Of a stretch of 64,000 bases of DNA, positions 1 to 14,586 are shown one piece after another. The stretch comes from Eledone cirrhosa (taxonomy: Eukaryota). Where the stretch lies: contig OZ024740.1 of assembly GCA_964016885.1 (NCBI GenBank), forward strand, positions 412,114,001 to 412,178,000, read 5' to 3'. How positions within the stretch are numbered: position 1 is the first letter of the stretch; each line of letters begins with the position of its first letter. A program made the position numbers and the translations under genes. The notes beneath the pieces were generated by a model. That model was not told where the DNA came from. It was given only the letters and a program-made list of their open reading frames with translations, and searched no databases.

Positions 1-1235
1 CAAAAATAACCAATCACCTGGACAAAAATACCCTCCTCCCAGAAGAACAGAAAGGATGATACAGAGGCTCATATGGATGCAAAGATCAGTTGTTAATAAA
101 TAAAGCCATAACTGAAAACTGAAAAAAAAACCCCAAACCTCAGCATGTATTAAATTGATTACGAAAGAGCGTTTGACAGTGTTGCCCATACATGGATACA
201 CAATGTACTAGCCATAAATAGGGTATCAGCAAAAATAACAACATGTATCAAACATGCCATGAGTAAATGGCAAACAATTCTGATGATACAAACGAAAGAT
301 AAAACAATATAAACAGAGCCTATCACAATCAACAGATGTATATTCCAAAGAGACTCCCTATAACCACTGCTTTTATGCCTAGCATTAACACCACTATCTG
401 AAACACTAAACAGAACTGGGCTAGGGTATAAATGCTACAATGGGAAAATTAGGCATCTCCTATATATGGGTGATCTACAAATGAAAAACAACTACAAACA
501 CTGCTCCAAACTATACACGGATTCACCAAAGAAATAGGCATGGAATTTTGGATTAGAAAAATATGCTAAGGGAACTCTAAAGAGGAAGAAACTGGTGAAA
601 AGCAATAATATCATGTTACGTAAAGAAACAGAATAAGAGAACTAGATCAGACCCAGCCATACAAATACTTATGAATCAACGAACTAGTTACGATTCAACA
701 CACACAGATGAAAGAAAATATTAGAAAAGAATACTAGAGAAGAATTAGATTGATACACAAAACTGAACTAAATGCAAATGATAAACTGATTGGCATCAAC
801 ACTTAAGCAGTCCCAGTAATGAGCTACAGCTTTAATATTTTGAACTGGACACTAAAAGAACTAGCTGGAATAGATAGAAAAACATTAACAATAATGACCG
901 CATTTAGAATACAACATCCAAATCAGACGTAGAAAGATTATAATTACCAAGAACACAAGAAGAAAGGGGCCAGATAACTCTTATAAAATAAATACTATAG
1001 GACTTCAAAAATACCTAATAAAAAAACAAAGGAAAGCTAATACAAATAGCCACGAAACATGGATAAAACACAAAACAGTTCTTGGTCTTCAAGGAACCAA
1101 AAAATTCAAATCAAAATCTGAACTAAAAGATGATTGCGTGGAAAATGAAATCAAAGAAAAACAATGGACATTCTGAAAGACATGAAATTTAAATTTAAAT
1201 CTAACCTCCAGAATGACATGTTAACATGATGGCAA
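1..1235 (+). pseudogene. Decayed R4/Dong-like non-LTR retrotransposon reverse transcriptase fragment
   Basis: Manual translation gives IDYERAFDSVAHTWI (~154-198), RCIFQRDSL*PLLLCLALTPLS (~334-400) and IRHLLYMGDL (~448-478). These match IDYKKAFDSVPH / GIFQGDSLSP / HLLYMDDL motifs. Many stops and frameshifts; boundaries approximate. Confidence 0.8.
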
Positions 1236-1317
1236 GAGAATTACTTACATATCCAATTTTTTGTGTAAGATGGTGTAGGATAGAACAAAGGAGGGACACA
1301 AAAGAAAAGCCTAATCA

Positions 1318-1346
1318 CTGAGGAGGCCATAGAATGTGTGACGAAA
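1318..1346 (+). ncRNA. Hammerhead-like core in a PLE-type terminal repeat (repeat ~1267-1474, abutting (TA)n)
   Basis: CTGAGGA-G-GCCATA-gaatg-TGTGAC-GAAA. Homologous to the cores at 35738 and 51211; downstream flank matches 51240-51395. Confidence 0.55.
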
Positions 1347-1473
1347 GAGCTTTGACAATATATAAACAACCTTCCGTTTATCGAACCAACTAACCAACCG
1401 GGGAAATTTATAATAAATTGAAATGAAAACCAACATGTGCATGTGATTTTATTGGCAGCATGACGCTCCCAAA

Positions 1474-1474
<1 letters not shown>

Positions 1475-1536
<62 letters not shown>

Positions 1537-1538
1537 CA
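1475..1538. repeat. (TA)n microsatellite
   Basis: Direct reading. Confidence 0.95.
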
Positions 1539-1729
1539 TAATTTGTGACTGATCAAACAAGACCTTTTTCCATAAAAACACAATCACGTTTCTTCCTTTT
1601 CTCACCCTCCTCTAATTCTCTAATTTTTTTTCTCATTCTCTTTTCTGATGAAGGACTAGGGTTAAACCAATATATAACTTCATTGAATTGAATTATTTAC
1701 ATTATTGTTTACCGTTTTCTTTTCTTTCA

Positions 1730-1808
1730 TAATTTCGCTGATGAAGTTTCCTGGGAAATGGATTGAAATTTTGAAACTGAAATACATGTTAGACATATTT
1801 GAAATTAC
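1730..1808 (+). ncRNA. Hammerhead-like motif
   Basis: CTGATGA (1738-1744), helix II AGTTTC/GAAACT, GAAA (1779-1782), near-palindromic TACATG, then TT. Helix I forms only distally (TAATTTCG/TGAAATTA). Confidence 0.55.
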
Positions 1809-4800
1809 TGTTATTCTGTTGCTTTCAGTCCCAGAGTATTTATTCTTCATATTTATTATAATACATTTGAACACATTATTTTGTTGGAATTTTACGACCT
1901 ATCATTGGTGCATCTCCACACTAAATAAATTAAACGAGCTAACATCAATAAACGAAAAGGTGATAAACTACTTCTGGGGAAATATTAACTAAGATGTATC
2001 TAAGAGAAAAAAAAATCTTACAAACTCATTTACTGAGAATAGCTGGTTTTGTAAATTAGTCTGCCGGTGTATATGTATCACCCAGAATAAATGCAATCTT
2101 TGATTCAGTAAACAGAAAACAATTGGGATATTTTTGTAAATTGAAACAATATTCTCCTGAAAGATCTTTGGTTTTTCGGCATCAATCGATAAAACGAAGA
2201 AATTAGAAGACAAAAATAATAACAAGAAATTGGTGAAGTCGACATGGGGAAAAACTGAACAAATGAGTTTTAGAGTGTACCGAAAAATAAAAAAAATTAT
2301 TCATGATTTCGCCAATGAAAAACAGGGAAGAAAAAAACCACTCGTTAACAATGTTTAGTACTAACACATTTCTCTGGAATAATGGCTGTCTAATTCCTAA
2401 ATGAAAAAATAAATATATATATAGTAAAACTCATAAAAAATAACACGTAAGCTAGAATACATATATTGAATCTGTAGAAATAGAAAACAAATGTTCAACA
2501 GAGAAGAACGAAAATATACAGAAAATAAAGTAAATGAAGCAGAGAGATACCTTGCATGCGACTCGTGATAAAGTTGTTTTTGCCAATATTAGTATTAGCC
2601 ACTATGAAGAATACGATTCAGATATTCTTATACACCGTGCCAGATTCAGGGTGAGATGCAGAAATAAGAATACAAAAATAGCCTCAACAAAATTATGTAT
2701 ATCGAGCCAAAAGATATTTTAGATATAATCCTATAATTTCAGCTATATATTATCTTGTAAAACAGCACCGATAGCAGTATACTTTATAGGCTAAATAACT
2801 GAATATATTCCTGGAAAGGAATCTGGGTAAAATGAAGTGTCTGAATTGATTCCTTTTCAAAACAAATATGAAATAGTGACAATGTTTCCAAATGAATAAA
2901 AAATAAGAAATATCAATTACTTTCTGGAATGACCGTTTAAATAAGGGAAAACTATAATTAATTAAATAGACCTAGAATCTTATTGAGATGTTCATCGTTG
3001 TCAGTGGACAAAAACTAATATGCCCAAAGTGAATTCTGAAATATTGTTTTGGAAATTCGAATATACCTCGCTCTAAATTTGTCACTCTCCATAATTTAAT
3101 AATGTATAAATTATGTTGGCAAAATGCTATTTATATATCGGTGAGAAGGACACAACCATAGGCAACTTGCCAGAAACATTCTGTTGTCCATACATTTTGA
3201 TTATTCTCTAAAATAAATGTTTTGAAGTTATAATCTTGTCACCGATTCCATTGTATCACAGACAATAGTCAATGATAAACCCGAGCTCTAATGTTGCGAG
3301 TGACACACACCTACATACTACATACGACCAAACTCATACACATTTGTTGGCCTTAAATTTATCTGTCTTACATTCGTTGTCATTATAGAGCGATATACGG
3401 TAAACATTTTGATCGAGTTCTTATTGGGTTTCACATATGTATGTAAGGGATTATTACGTCGAAGAATGTTTCAGAAAATATGAGAGCAAAACAAAAAAAC
3501 ACTTCCATTCATTATTATTTAACTACTCATATTTCTATTGTTTCACCATTGCATACCTCAGGCAGATATTTCATTATTCAGTACGTTGGCCGTCTTTGTT
3601 TTGTGGTTCTCCACAATGAACTATGCGCAACGATTGCAGCAAGGAAACGGCAGGAAATCGGTACGGCCATATCAGGCGTTTTGTCGGTTTGACACACTGT
3701 CATTATTGTTTTGAAGCAAAGGAAACACGTTTGATTACATAGGTAGTAATAGATAAGAAACGTATATTTTATCATACAACAGACAATATACGGCCACCAT
3801 TGTAATTACTTGGGACAACCTACCGAGTGTAAATACGTGTCATTCAATTGGTACGAAATGGAATAGCTATCTTTCTAACCACCCGAGAGAATATATGTTT
3901 AACTGTTATTTTAAAAAGGGCAATTGACTTTAAAATTATATAGATTCAGATTCCATGTTTATCTAAAGTATTCAAATATTTTCCAGTAATATAGATTTCT
4001 GTTATCTTTACTTACGTACACTAACATTACAATTTAATGATATAAGTTAAGAACTATCAAATTATAGAGTAAGACATTAACATTTCTCTATTTCCAGAGC
4101 ATAACCGATAAATTCTCCCCTTATATTTGTAACCACATACTTTCAAAAATAAACCTAACCCCACCGACATCTACTCTCAACTAGTGACACTCTGATTAAT
4201 TATGAAATAATATATATTACGTACATATCACATATTTTGATATTAGAATATATAGTCGGCCAGGTAAACATTATATGCTCATTATTGAAGATTAATTAAA
4301 CGTTAATAAGCTGATTTGCCTACCAGTGTATCTCTAGACAGTACACTATATTTGAAATAGCCATGAATGTCCTGTTCTTTTAGGTTTAACTTCAAGGAAG
4401 CCATAACCATTTGGCTATTTGCATACTACTAATATTAACCGTGGTAGTGAATTCGCTTATAAATTAACATGTTTACAATGTATATCTATATAGAAATATG
4501 AAAGGATTTAACCGAAGAGGATATAAATGTATGTAAATGCATATATCTCACAATTTGGGAGGCTACGGCATATATATGATTCGTTAAGACGTAAAAGGTT
4601 TACACAACTTCTGAAAATGTTACATAAATCTAATTAAGCAACTGTAAACAAAATGTTTGGACAGAAAATTCAGATATGGTAAATGGGGGTACATTTAAAG
4701 GAAGAAAATTTCTCCCTGCTCATACTTTGGGAAAATGAATACATATTTAGGTTTCGGAATTACATTAGCTTTGTGGAGAAGTAAAATGTGAGATAGAATT

Positions 4801-5018
4801 GAGATGAGAGTAGGTTATATAAGTACTGTGTTCATGCTTGGATAACATTTATATCGGAATGTTCTTGGTCATAGCTGTTGACTTTTAAAACCTGAAGTTT
4901 TGAGAGACATGTAAAATATTAAGTAGTGAGTAACAGAGAGTATGTCGGATACGTCTAAGGGGTGCTTTGTTCGTCGATATGTGTAGCCTCTATGTCCGGG
5001 TGCCTGGGTCACCTTCAA

Positions 5019-5084
5019 GTACAGAATGATACTAAGAATGAATATGTATATATATACATATTCATTGTTAGTATCATTCTGTAC
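5019..5084. repeat. Short inverted repeat centred on (TA)n
   Basis: gtacagaatgatactaagaatgaatatgta ... tacatattcattgttagtatcattctgtac. Confidence 0.85.
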
Positions 5085-5332
5085 ATATATATGTTCGATT
5101 GGATGGTGTGAAGGTTTTGTTATGAGCGCCCAATTCGATTCGAGAATTGAATAAACATGTATATCATTTTTTTTATTTACACGGAAATTCGTATATCGTC
5201 ATGTTTACATGCTTACAAATTAGGTGTGTATATATTTCTACACGTTAGTGCTCTTTCTGTGATAACGCTGTATTTATACAGATATAACTTCATACATCTC
5301 GGGTGCTAATACACTACTTACAAAATATATAC

Positions 5333-5464
5333 GGTTAAGGTATGTTGATGCCCTAAGGACAGACACTGGTCTGTTGGAGACACAGGACATGGCAGCGATA
5401 ATGAGGGACAGACACCGCTGGAGAGAACTCGTCCATGGATCTCGGGAATTTTACCCGCCCTAGA
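5333..5464 (+). mobile_element. 3' end fragment of an RTE-clade LINE, followed by (TATG)n
   Basis: Close match to 8253-8384 (ccctaaggacagacactgg...ctcgggaattttacccg). Confidence 0.75.
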
Positions 5465-5472
5465 AATATATC

Positions 5473-5506
<34 letters not shown>

Positions 5507-5539
5507 TGTATGTATGTATGTATGTATGTATGTATGTAT

Positions 5540-6112
5540 CAGTACAACCTGTCTCATGGTCGGGTCGTTGGCGACTAAACTGGCAACCCCACCAAGGTTT
5601 CTTGGTGAGGAGGGTGACTTTGGACATCCTGCAGGACTAAAAACAAAACCTGTCAAAGGGCAAAGGAGCTCTTAAGAGTCAATGGCCATCCAAAATCACC
5701 GGGAGAGATGACCCCTTAGCCTTTGTCAAGGCAGAATTCTAGGAGAAGGAAAACTCTGATATAACACCTGCAACCCTGATGGTATCCAATGATGTTGACT
5801 TGTTCTTCTTTTTGGTACATATCATCTTGTTTAAGATAGTGGGACTGGCTTTGTGCAGTGCCTTTGCTCACTATAAAAGCTTCACGGCACAGGCATTGCT
5901 TTATATCTGGAGATCTCTCTGCACTTGTCGTCAGGTGGTACCATGGGCCCAGCACTATGTGTCAATAATTGTCAAAAGTGTAGTGTTTGTACCAGAGTTT
6001 TCAAGTCGCTGGCTGGACTAAAAAGTCACACTTGTTCAGCGCATCGGTAGGGGTTCTCCTACATGGATATAAAGTAGTGGCCGTACTCGAAAACGAGTTG
6101 GCAGCCACCATG
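5540..6112. mobile_element. Interspersed repeat flanked by (TATG)n; homologous to 41512-41815
   Basis: Shared blocks: accccttagcctttgtcaaggca, gatataacacctgc, gatgttga, cttcacggcacaggcattgc, aacgagttggcagcca. Possibly the 5' region of an RTE element (inference). Confidence 0.6.
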
Positions 6113-6940
6113 TATATATGTATATATATATACATATCCTAAGTGTAAAATCAGCAATATTTATCTCCAATTACTCAACATACTTGTAGAATAAATTCCC
6201 GTTAATGTGAAACCATAAAACTGTCTTGGAGACACAATCAATATATTCTTATGTGTGTTAAAAGGTAAGCACCAGTAGATACATATGTAGGCTTCAATAT
6301 GCTTCATTACTTGCAAGTGATATTTTGCAGTTATCTGTTTCACTGATTATATTTTTTTAATGGAATCTATTGATAATTTCTATGTATTGTATTTTATCTC
6401 ATGTCATTGGTGTATTTCAAATCACATAACATTCTTTTAGTAATAATGCTTTCTGTTTATATGAAAAGTGATAATGTAACTTCGCTTTCTACTGAAACCT
6501 ATAGATATTTGTAAATTACTATGCGAACTTTATGTTACTCTATATATAATCCGATATTACCTTTTATCATTATCTGCAACCCGACCCATTTTAATGAGTT
6601 CTTACTTGTAGCATAGCTAAATGATGAGAATGTTGCATATTGCTTTAGATATCAAAGAAATGTATAAATACTTAAATGATTCGTGTCACAATTATTATTT
6701 TCAACTATTTGCGTTTGGAGTACACATTCTGCGGTCCCCAAATTTACATTACATCAGACCAGATTAGATGAAATATATTTGCTTGAAAGTAGTGTTTCCG
6801 ATTAAGTAAATTGAGGAACCGAGCGAACATTCCTAATTTTAATTGCATGGGAAATATCTAATGTTCTTGTTTTATTATGTGATCAAAATTATTATTACGG
6901 TTAGAAGAGCTTTGGTCGATGATATTGTAACCTTCAGTAA

Positions 6941-7203
6941 AGAAGAAGAAGAAGAAGAAGAAGAAGAAGAAGAAGAAGAAGAAGAAGAAGAAGAAGAAGA
7001 AGAAGAAGAAGAAGAAGAAGAAGAAGAAGAAGAAGAAGAAGAAGAAAATAAGAAGAAAAAGAAGAAAAAGAAGAAACAGAAGAAACAGAAGAAGAAGAAG
7101 AAGAAGAAGAAGAAGAAGAAGAAGAAGAAGAAGAAGAAGAAGAAGAAGAAGAAGAAGAAGAAGAAGAAGAAGAAGAAGAAGAAGAAGAAGAAGAAGAAGA
7201 AGA
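6941..7203. repeat. (GAA)n trinucleotide tract, ~260 bp, with a short degenerate middle
   Basis: Direct reading. Confidence 0.97.
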
Positions 7204-8019
7204 ATGAGCATGAGGAGGGAGAGGTGAGGAGGATAAACAGAAAGAAGGAAAAAGGAAATTGTGGAAGAAACATCGGGAAGAAGAGGGATATTATACTTAG
7301 AAAGGCGTGATAAGCAATGGTGTCTACAATAACACAGCCACGGAAGTAATATACGTAGAATATGTGAGAGAGTTTAACGTGAATACAATATCAGATGTGT
7401 GGTTTCGGTTAACAACACCGGTTGTAAAACATGTATTGTGAATCTTGATCCTGTGATATATGTGATGGACGTAGAGCAGCTTACTAATAACGCAGTAATT
7501 AGTTGCTGTATTATATCATATCCCTTTACAATGACGTGTTATGGTACATTGATGCGCAATACCGTCAGGTATTTAGGTCTTCGTTTAAATATCCTGACAC
7601 AGTGCTATTTATTTGATCACTACAGTGTTGATAATATATTAGCGCTATGGTACATTTGCCGATTTAATCAACTTTACACTCACGTTACTAGTGTGATCAC
7701 GAGGTAATGACAAAACATTTGTTATATATTTCATACGATTCTCAGAATTAAACGCTATAAAAATTAATATTTGCTCAAATTAATATAATACTATAAACCT
7801 ATAGATGTTTTATATCCGCAAAAGTTAATTTAAAATCAGATCGTATGAACTGAAGAGCTAATACTGCATCTGTACAGGATCAAAAAGAATCCATCGATTG
7901 ATTGATTGTTTAAAGAACTCATAAACAATTTCTGAGTCGACATTAGTGTGTGAAATGTCATATTGGCAAAAGACCATGGATTTGCGAACAATTGACAAGG
8001 ACACTGACCAAGAAACTCA

Positions 8020-8385
8020 TTCAGATGGTGGATGGTGCTACACGAGAATGCTAAGGATGAATCTGAACATTAATCAGTATACACTGAGGATGAAGAACTC
8101 AGAGCTTTACGGGAGCCTCCCAAAAGTCAGCTCGAAAGTGACACAGAGGAGACTGAGGTTAGCTGGACATGCTCACCGACATCCAGAGTTGATACTGCAC
8201 TCAGTGCTCCTGTGGGAGCCCCTGCATTGACACACTGAAAGAGGAAGACCTAGGTTAACATATGTTGATTCCCTAAGGACAGACACTGGTTTCTTGCAGA
8301 CGCAGGACATAGCAGCGATAATGTGTGACAGAGACCGCTGGAGAGAACTCGTCCATGGATCTCGGGAATTTTACCCGTCCTAGAC
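8020..8385 (+). pseudogene. RTE-clade LINE ORF2 C-terminal fragment and 3' end
   Basis: CYTRMLR..NSELYGSLP..RRLRLAGH..LLWEPLH*HTERGRPRLTYVDSLRTDTG matches the RTE C-terminus; one in-frame stop. Confidence 0.8.
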
Positions 8386-10412
8386 ATAACAAGGGATTAA
8401 GTTTAACTAATACTTATTATATCGATAACCCAACACGCAGATGTATAAAAAGCAACATCTGACAAGGATGTAATTTAAATTGATAGCATAACGGGATATA
8501 CCAATGCATTTAACAATATAGAGTATCCTTTTACTAATTGTGCAACTTAATCTGCTCCTAATTTTCCTGACACATTTTGAGATGCCACAAATGACTATAT
8601 CAATGAAAACATAAACATACATCACTAAACACATTCCTATACTGATTCCATTTGTACGGATGTTTATGATTACTGAGATAGGAACAATAGCTGGACTATA
8701 TGATTACAGTAGCTGTAGCCAATTAATGATTGCTGCGTCCCCAACAAAGCAATACTCTAGCCTGGTGCAATTTCAACGCAAGAGGTAAATCTAATTATGC
8801 CCTTTATACACCGGGTGTGGGGATATGGATAACATATCGGCAGTAGTAATACCATAAAAACAGGCATTGATCGAAATAAATCGCTTGTAAAGAACAATAT
8901 TTATCCAACAAAATCTGTTAGGTAGCTTGTAGAAACGTTGATATCAGGTATATCACTCCTAATCCTTCACACATCTAAACTGTTATATTCCAGGCAATGC
9001 TCAGCCTATATATTCCGTTCAATTACTTACATAGAATCACTGCAAACATCAAAGAAACATTATCTTCAATCTAAATATGAGCGCCATGTAATAAGCCTAT
9101 CAAATTTGATTCAATAACAAGTCATCATTATATTATTTCTAAAGCAATGACGACTGGTCTTGGAGTTGATTAGATGCGTTCCTCATACACGGAATCAGAC
9201 GTAAATCACTCGTTTCTCTAGCAATCAATAGACATATAATTCACATTATCCACCGCTCCATATACATCTCTATGTAATTCCTTCCTTGAACTCAGGGCAT
9301 CTGAAGATTTATCCGCGCATTTACTAGTCATGGTCTAGAGGAACGAACGGTTTGTTCCTGTCATATTCATTGACAATCAACTCAAATATTTTAAAAAAAA
9401 AAAAAAAGGTAAATATTCAGTACCTGGAATTTTTAATCTAATTTCAATAATGTTTGTATATTTGTTTCTGAAATATTTATACACCTTTACACCAAACACA
9501 AATTCATCGTCAGAAATGAGTGTCAGGATAGATTCAATTAATTTGTATTGCTGGAATGAGTGAAATTCTTTCAATTCGTTGTTTATAATCACATCGGACC
9601 ATCAAACTCCCAATTATATAATATACCATCTGTCCCAATTATATAATATACCATCTGTCTCGGTTGTTACTCATCTATGCAGGGCATTGTAAAAATATGT
9701 CTAAAAAGACGTGGCAAAGAGATATAATTGCTTGCACATTCACTTGTTATATAAGATTATATATTTGGAACATTTAGAAGACCCTGGTTGTATACTCATG
9801 CAGTAGTTTGAAGGTATAAACTGTAGCGTCTTCTTTCACATTCACTATGTCAGATTATACATGATCACCACACGATAATACATAATTGCTGGGGAATCTA
9901 TTACGCAATTGAATATCTTGATATTTGCAATAGCTGAATCTTCTCCAAACACTCTATTGTCTCTTGAATATGGTGAACAAAGAAAAAAACTTATTCTTAT
10001 TTATAATATAAAGCCAAAAACTAAGACGCTCGCTACTAGTTATTCGGTCGAAAGTTTAAGTTTATTTTGTACTTGATTTGTGATAACCAGAATTCACTTT
10101 GGTCTTGGAAACATGGCGTGAGTATGTATAAATGCTGATTATCGATTGGAATTGCGATTTAGATTTCATCTCATCAACAATTGCACAACAAACTACCGAA
10201 CTGTGTAGACGTGTTTTCTTGGGGCTCTGCTCGAGTCAGCAGCAACACACACCATCACATTTTGCTACCTACACAAATATATATGTGTGTATGTATGTAT
10301 ATATATATATATATATATACATATACATGGCTGTGCCGATGATTGTGTGTATGTATGTATATATACATATATGTATGTATATATATATATATGTATGTAT
10401 ATATACATATAT

Positions 10413-10491
<79 letters not shown>

Positions 10492-10516
10492 TATATATAT
10501 ATATATACACATATAT

Positions 10517-11263
10517 ATGGCTTGCGGATGATTGTTTAACCATCGTCTCAGTGTGTTTGGCCTTTAACGTATGTTGTAGCTCTGGTTCATCTGAATCATT
10601 GAGCGCTTGCCACATATCTCGGAAGTTGTCTTTCGTTAATTCCTAAGCCGAAATACGATTCTCGCTAATTTATATTTGTATTAATCTCCAGAGTCTAGCT
10701 ATTGACCAGTTAATGTTCTTGATTTTTTTAGTTGATTCTATTGACTGATGAATAGCTTATGTTAACTTATAACCATTCTGTTGAGAGCTTAATTCGTTTT
10801 GTGATATTTTGCCTTCTTGCAATAATATACACATACTGAATTCATCCGCCTAAAATAAGAGTTGCCTCCCTTGCCGAGCCCCACGTGGGGTCGGTATCGG
10901 TCATTCCTTAAATTAGCACTCGAACTAAAACCTGTTGAAAAAGTGGCTTCCTTGCTCAATCATCTTACCAGAAGCCTAACATTATTTGTGAAAGCGGACA
11001 GTAGTTGATTTAGGAGTCGCAGAAACCCATTTTACCAACCATCCAGGGGTCCGGGTAAATTTTTTCAATCACATATATTTTTATTTGTTTAACCCGAATT
11101 ACTTGGTCCTTTTTATGGCTGTGCGGATGATTGTTTAACCATCGTCTCAGTGTGTTTGGCCTTTAACGTATGTTGTAGCTCTGGTTCATCTGCCACACAT
11201 CTCGGAAGTTGTTTTTCGTTAATTCCTAAGCCAAAATACGATTCTCGGTAATTTATATTTGTA
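10517..11263 (+). repeat. Direct repeat pair (10517-10681 and 11115-11263), each adjacent to (TA)n
   Basis: atggct..gcggatgattgtttaaccatcgtctcagtg...taatttatatttgta occurs twice. A 20-bp start fragment also lies at ~10327. Confidence 0.85.
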
Positions 11264-11294
<31 letters not shown>

Positions 11295-11305
11295 ATATAT
11301 ACATG

Positions 11306-11378
<73 letters not shown>

Positions 11379-11446
11379 GTGCGTGTGTATATATATATGT
11401 GTGTGTGTGTATATATATATGCGTATAGTATACTAATGTATATATA

Positions 11447-11694
11447 TATATGAAAGACGTAAAATAAGAAAATTTTAAAAATTAAAAATTAACTTACTAA
11501 AATTTTCACTCCAACTAATTAGTTTCTGTAATGGGATAAAGATAGCTACGCAATGTAACCATCGAGAATTCTCGATGTTTACATTGCGTAACTATCTTTA
11601 TCCCATTACAGAAACTAATTAGTTGGAGTGAAAATTTTAGTAAGTAAGTTAATTTTTAATTTTTAAAATTTTCTTATTTTACGTCTTTCATATA
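11447..11694. repeat. Near-perfect palindrome (~120-bp arms, centre GAATTC at 11566-11571) carrying the 3' half of a hammerhead
   Basis: Arms are complementary except for a few substitutions and a 4-bp duplication. GAAA-CTAATTAG-TT at 11611-11624. Confidence 0.9.
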
Positions 11695-11823
11695 ATTGTT
11701 CTGCATCCCCCTGCATTGAACCACCTAGGTACTATGACATAACTTATGTATTTGCTAGCATTAGTGTACATCTGTACGCATATGCTGGTAAATATACTAA
11801 TTCTCTCTCTCATATATATATAT

Positions 11824-12249
11824 GTAAATATCTTTAAGTCGTTTGGAAGCTTCGACAATGAAAATGGGTAAATCTCCGGGTAACAAGGTCCGGTGGTGGA
11901 GAGAGAGAGATGTAAGTGGGTGTACGTTGAGATGCGTGGTGTGTATAAGATGTGTGAGATGTGTAGAACGAAGGGAAGAGTATAAAGGATAAAATAAAAA
12001 TAACAACACAAGAGAGAGTTACCTTGGGAGAGATTTAAATCTCTCCCAAGGTAACTCCCTGTTGTATTATTATTTTTATTTTTATCCTTTATACTCTTCC
12101 CTTCATTCTACACATCTCACACATCTTATACACACCACACATCTCAACGTACACCCACTTACATCTCTTTCTCCACCACCGGACCTTTGTTACCCGGAGA
12201 TTTACCCATTTGCATTGTCGAGGCTTCTAAACGACTTAAAGATATTTAC
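11824..12249. repeat. Palindrome with ~213-bp arms and no spacer (centre 12036/12037)
   Basis: ccttgggagagattt|aaatctctcccaagg; arms complementary with scattered mismatches. Confidence 0.92.
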
Positions 12250-12285
12250 TTATTGTTCCACAATGTTTCAAGCAAACTTCAATAT

Positions 12286-12343
<58 letters not shown>

Positions 12344-13606
12344 TATACTAATATATTATTATTTGGAGCAAATATACTCATTTATAGACTGTTTATCTCA
12401 ATGCAATGAGAGCCACACAGAGCTGTTACACATTATAATTGAATATTGCCTCCAAGAGATGTATCCACTCCGTTTATATTTACAGTTGATACCATCCCAT
12501 GGTACTATTGGTTACGCAATTTCATGTTGTCGATCTCTAAGCCAGCTCTAATAGATAAATGTCTATACATTGCTCAAGCAACAACGAATCCTTCGAATAC
12601 TGTTTTTCTCATTGGCTCCAAGTGGCTCAATCATGCGAAAGATAGGCATATAAAGTGAAAATAATGTTAATTAAACGTAAATGAAAAACGATTTAACCAA
12701 TGATGTTTTTTTATTAGACTAGAGATGTATAGCACACACATGAGTTTTGTTTACAGCTTAGTAGATTGTGTAGCTGTAACTTTTACGTGTGTTGACTAAA
12801 GATACAGTTAAATGCCAGTGTTACCATTCTTGCGTTCCACCATTCTGTCAAGAGGTTGATACATAATTTATTAGGTCATCTAATTTCCGACTTTATTTTA
12901 CACACTAATGTGTAGAAATTGATTTGGCGGTCAAAAGCAGCAATGAGTTCAATACAAAGCTTTCAACTTCGTTATAACAACAATATTTATTGAAGCAATA
13001 AAACTACGTCTTGTATTGTATCGATATTCATGTACAAGAATATCATAAAGCGTTATTCGAAAGTCATGAAACATTGACCCAGAGAATTAGAAATGGAACG
13101 AGTTAATATAAACTAATTTTCCTGGAATACAAAACACACTAAACCATAAAATACTATTTCGTATATTTAATGAGCTGTCTGGTTTAAACCTGTTTAACGG
13201 AATATACATTTGGTAGACGAGATATTGTTTATGGGATTGAACAAACTATCCAGCATCGATAAATTGACCAAATTACGTATGTATAATATCCCAACATATT
13301 GTTTTCTGTGATAAAACAGGAAAATGTAAAATATAATCGTAAGAATAAACAACAAATCTGCACACCTGATGCTGTGACAGTGACAATATAAAAAACTGTA
13401 TTGTGAATTTAGGACTGTTGTTGCTCCAAACGACCTCCGAAGGTGGAAGAAAAAAAAAGAAACAACTTATAAAAAAACGAATTAAGAAAATAGAAGTCTT
13501 CTGAGTACTGCGTGTCTAAAATAAAAGATAATCGACGTATATACGAAACTATGACTACACATAATCACAAGCACTTCCCCACACAAAAACATTAACATAC
13601 ATATAC

Positions 13607-14586
<980 letters not shown>

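Noticed and set aside
4400-4900. Possible AP-endonuclease remnant (minus, INVIQA*)
   Set aside because: A single weak motif; needs a translated HMM search.
6843-7310. Poly-E/poly-K 155-aa ORF
   Set aside because: Product of the (GAA)n tract; no other coding signal.
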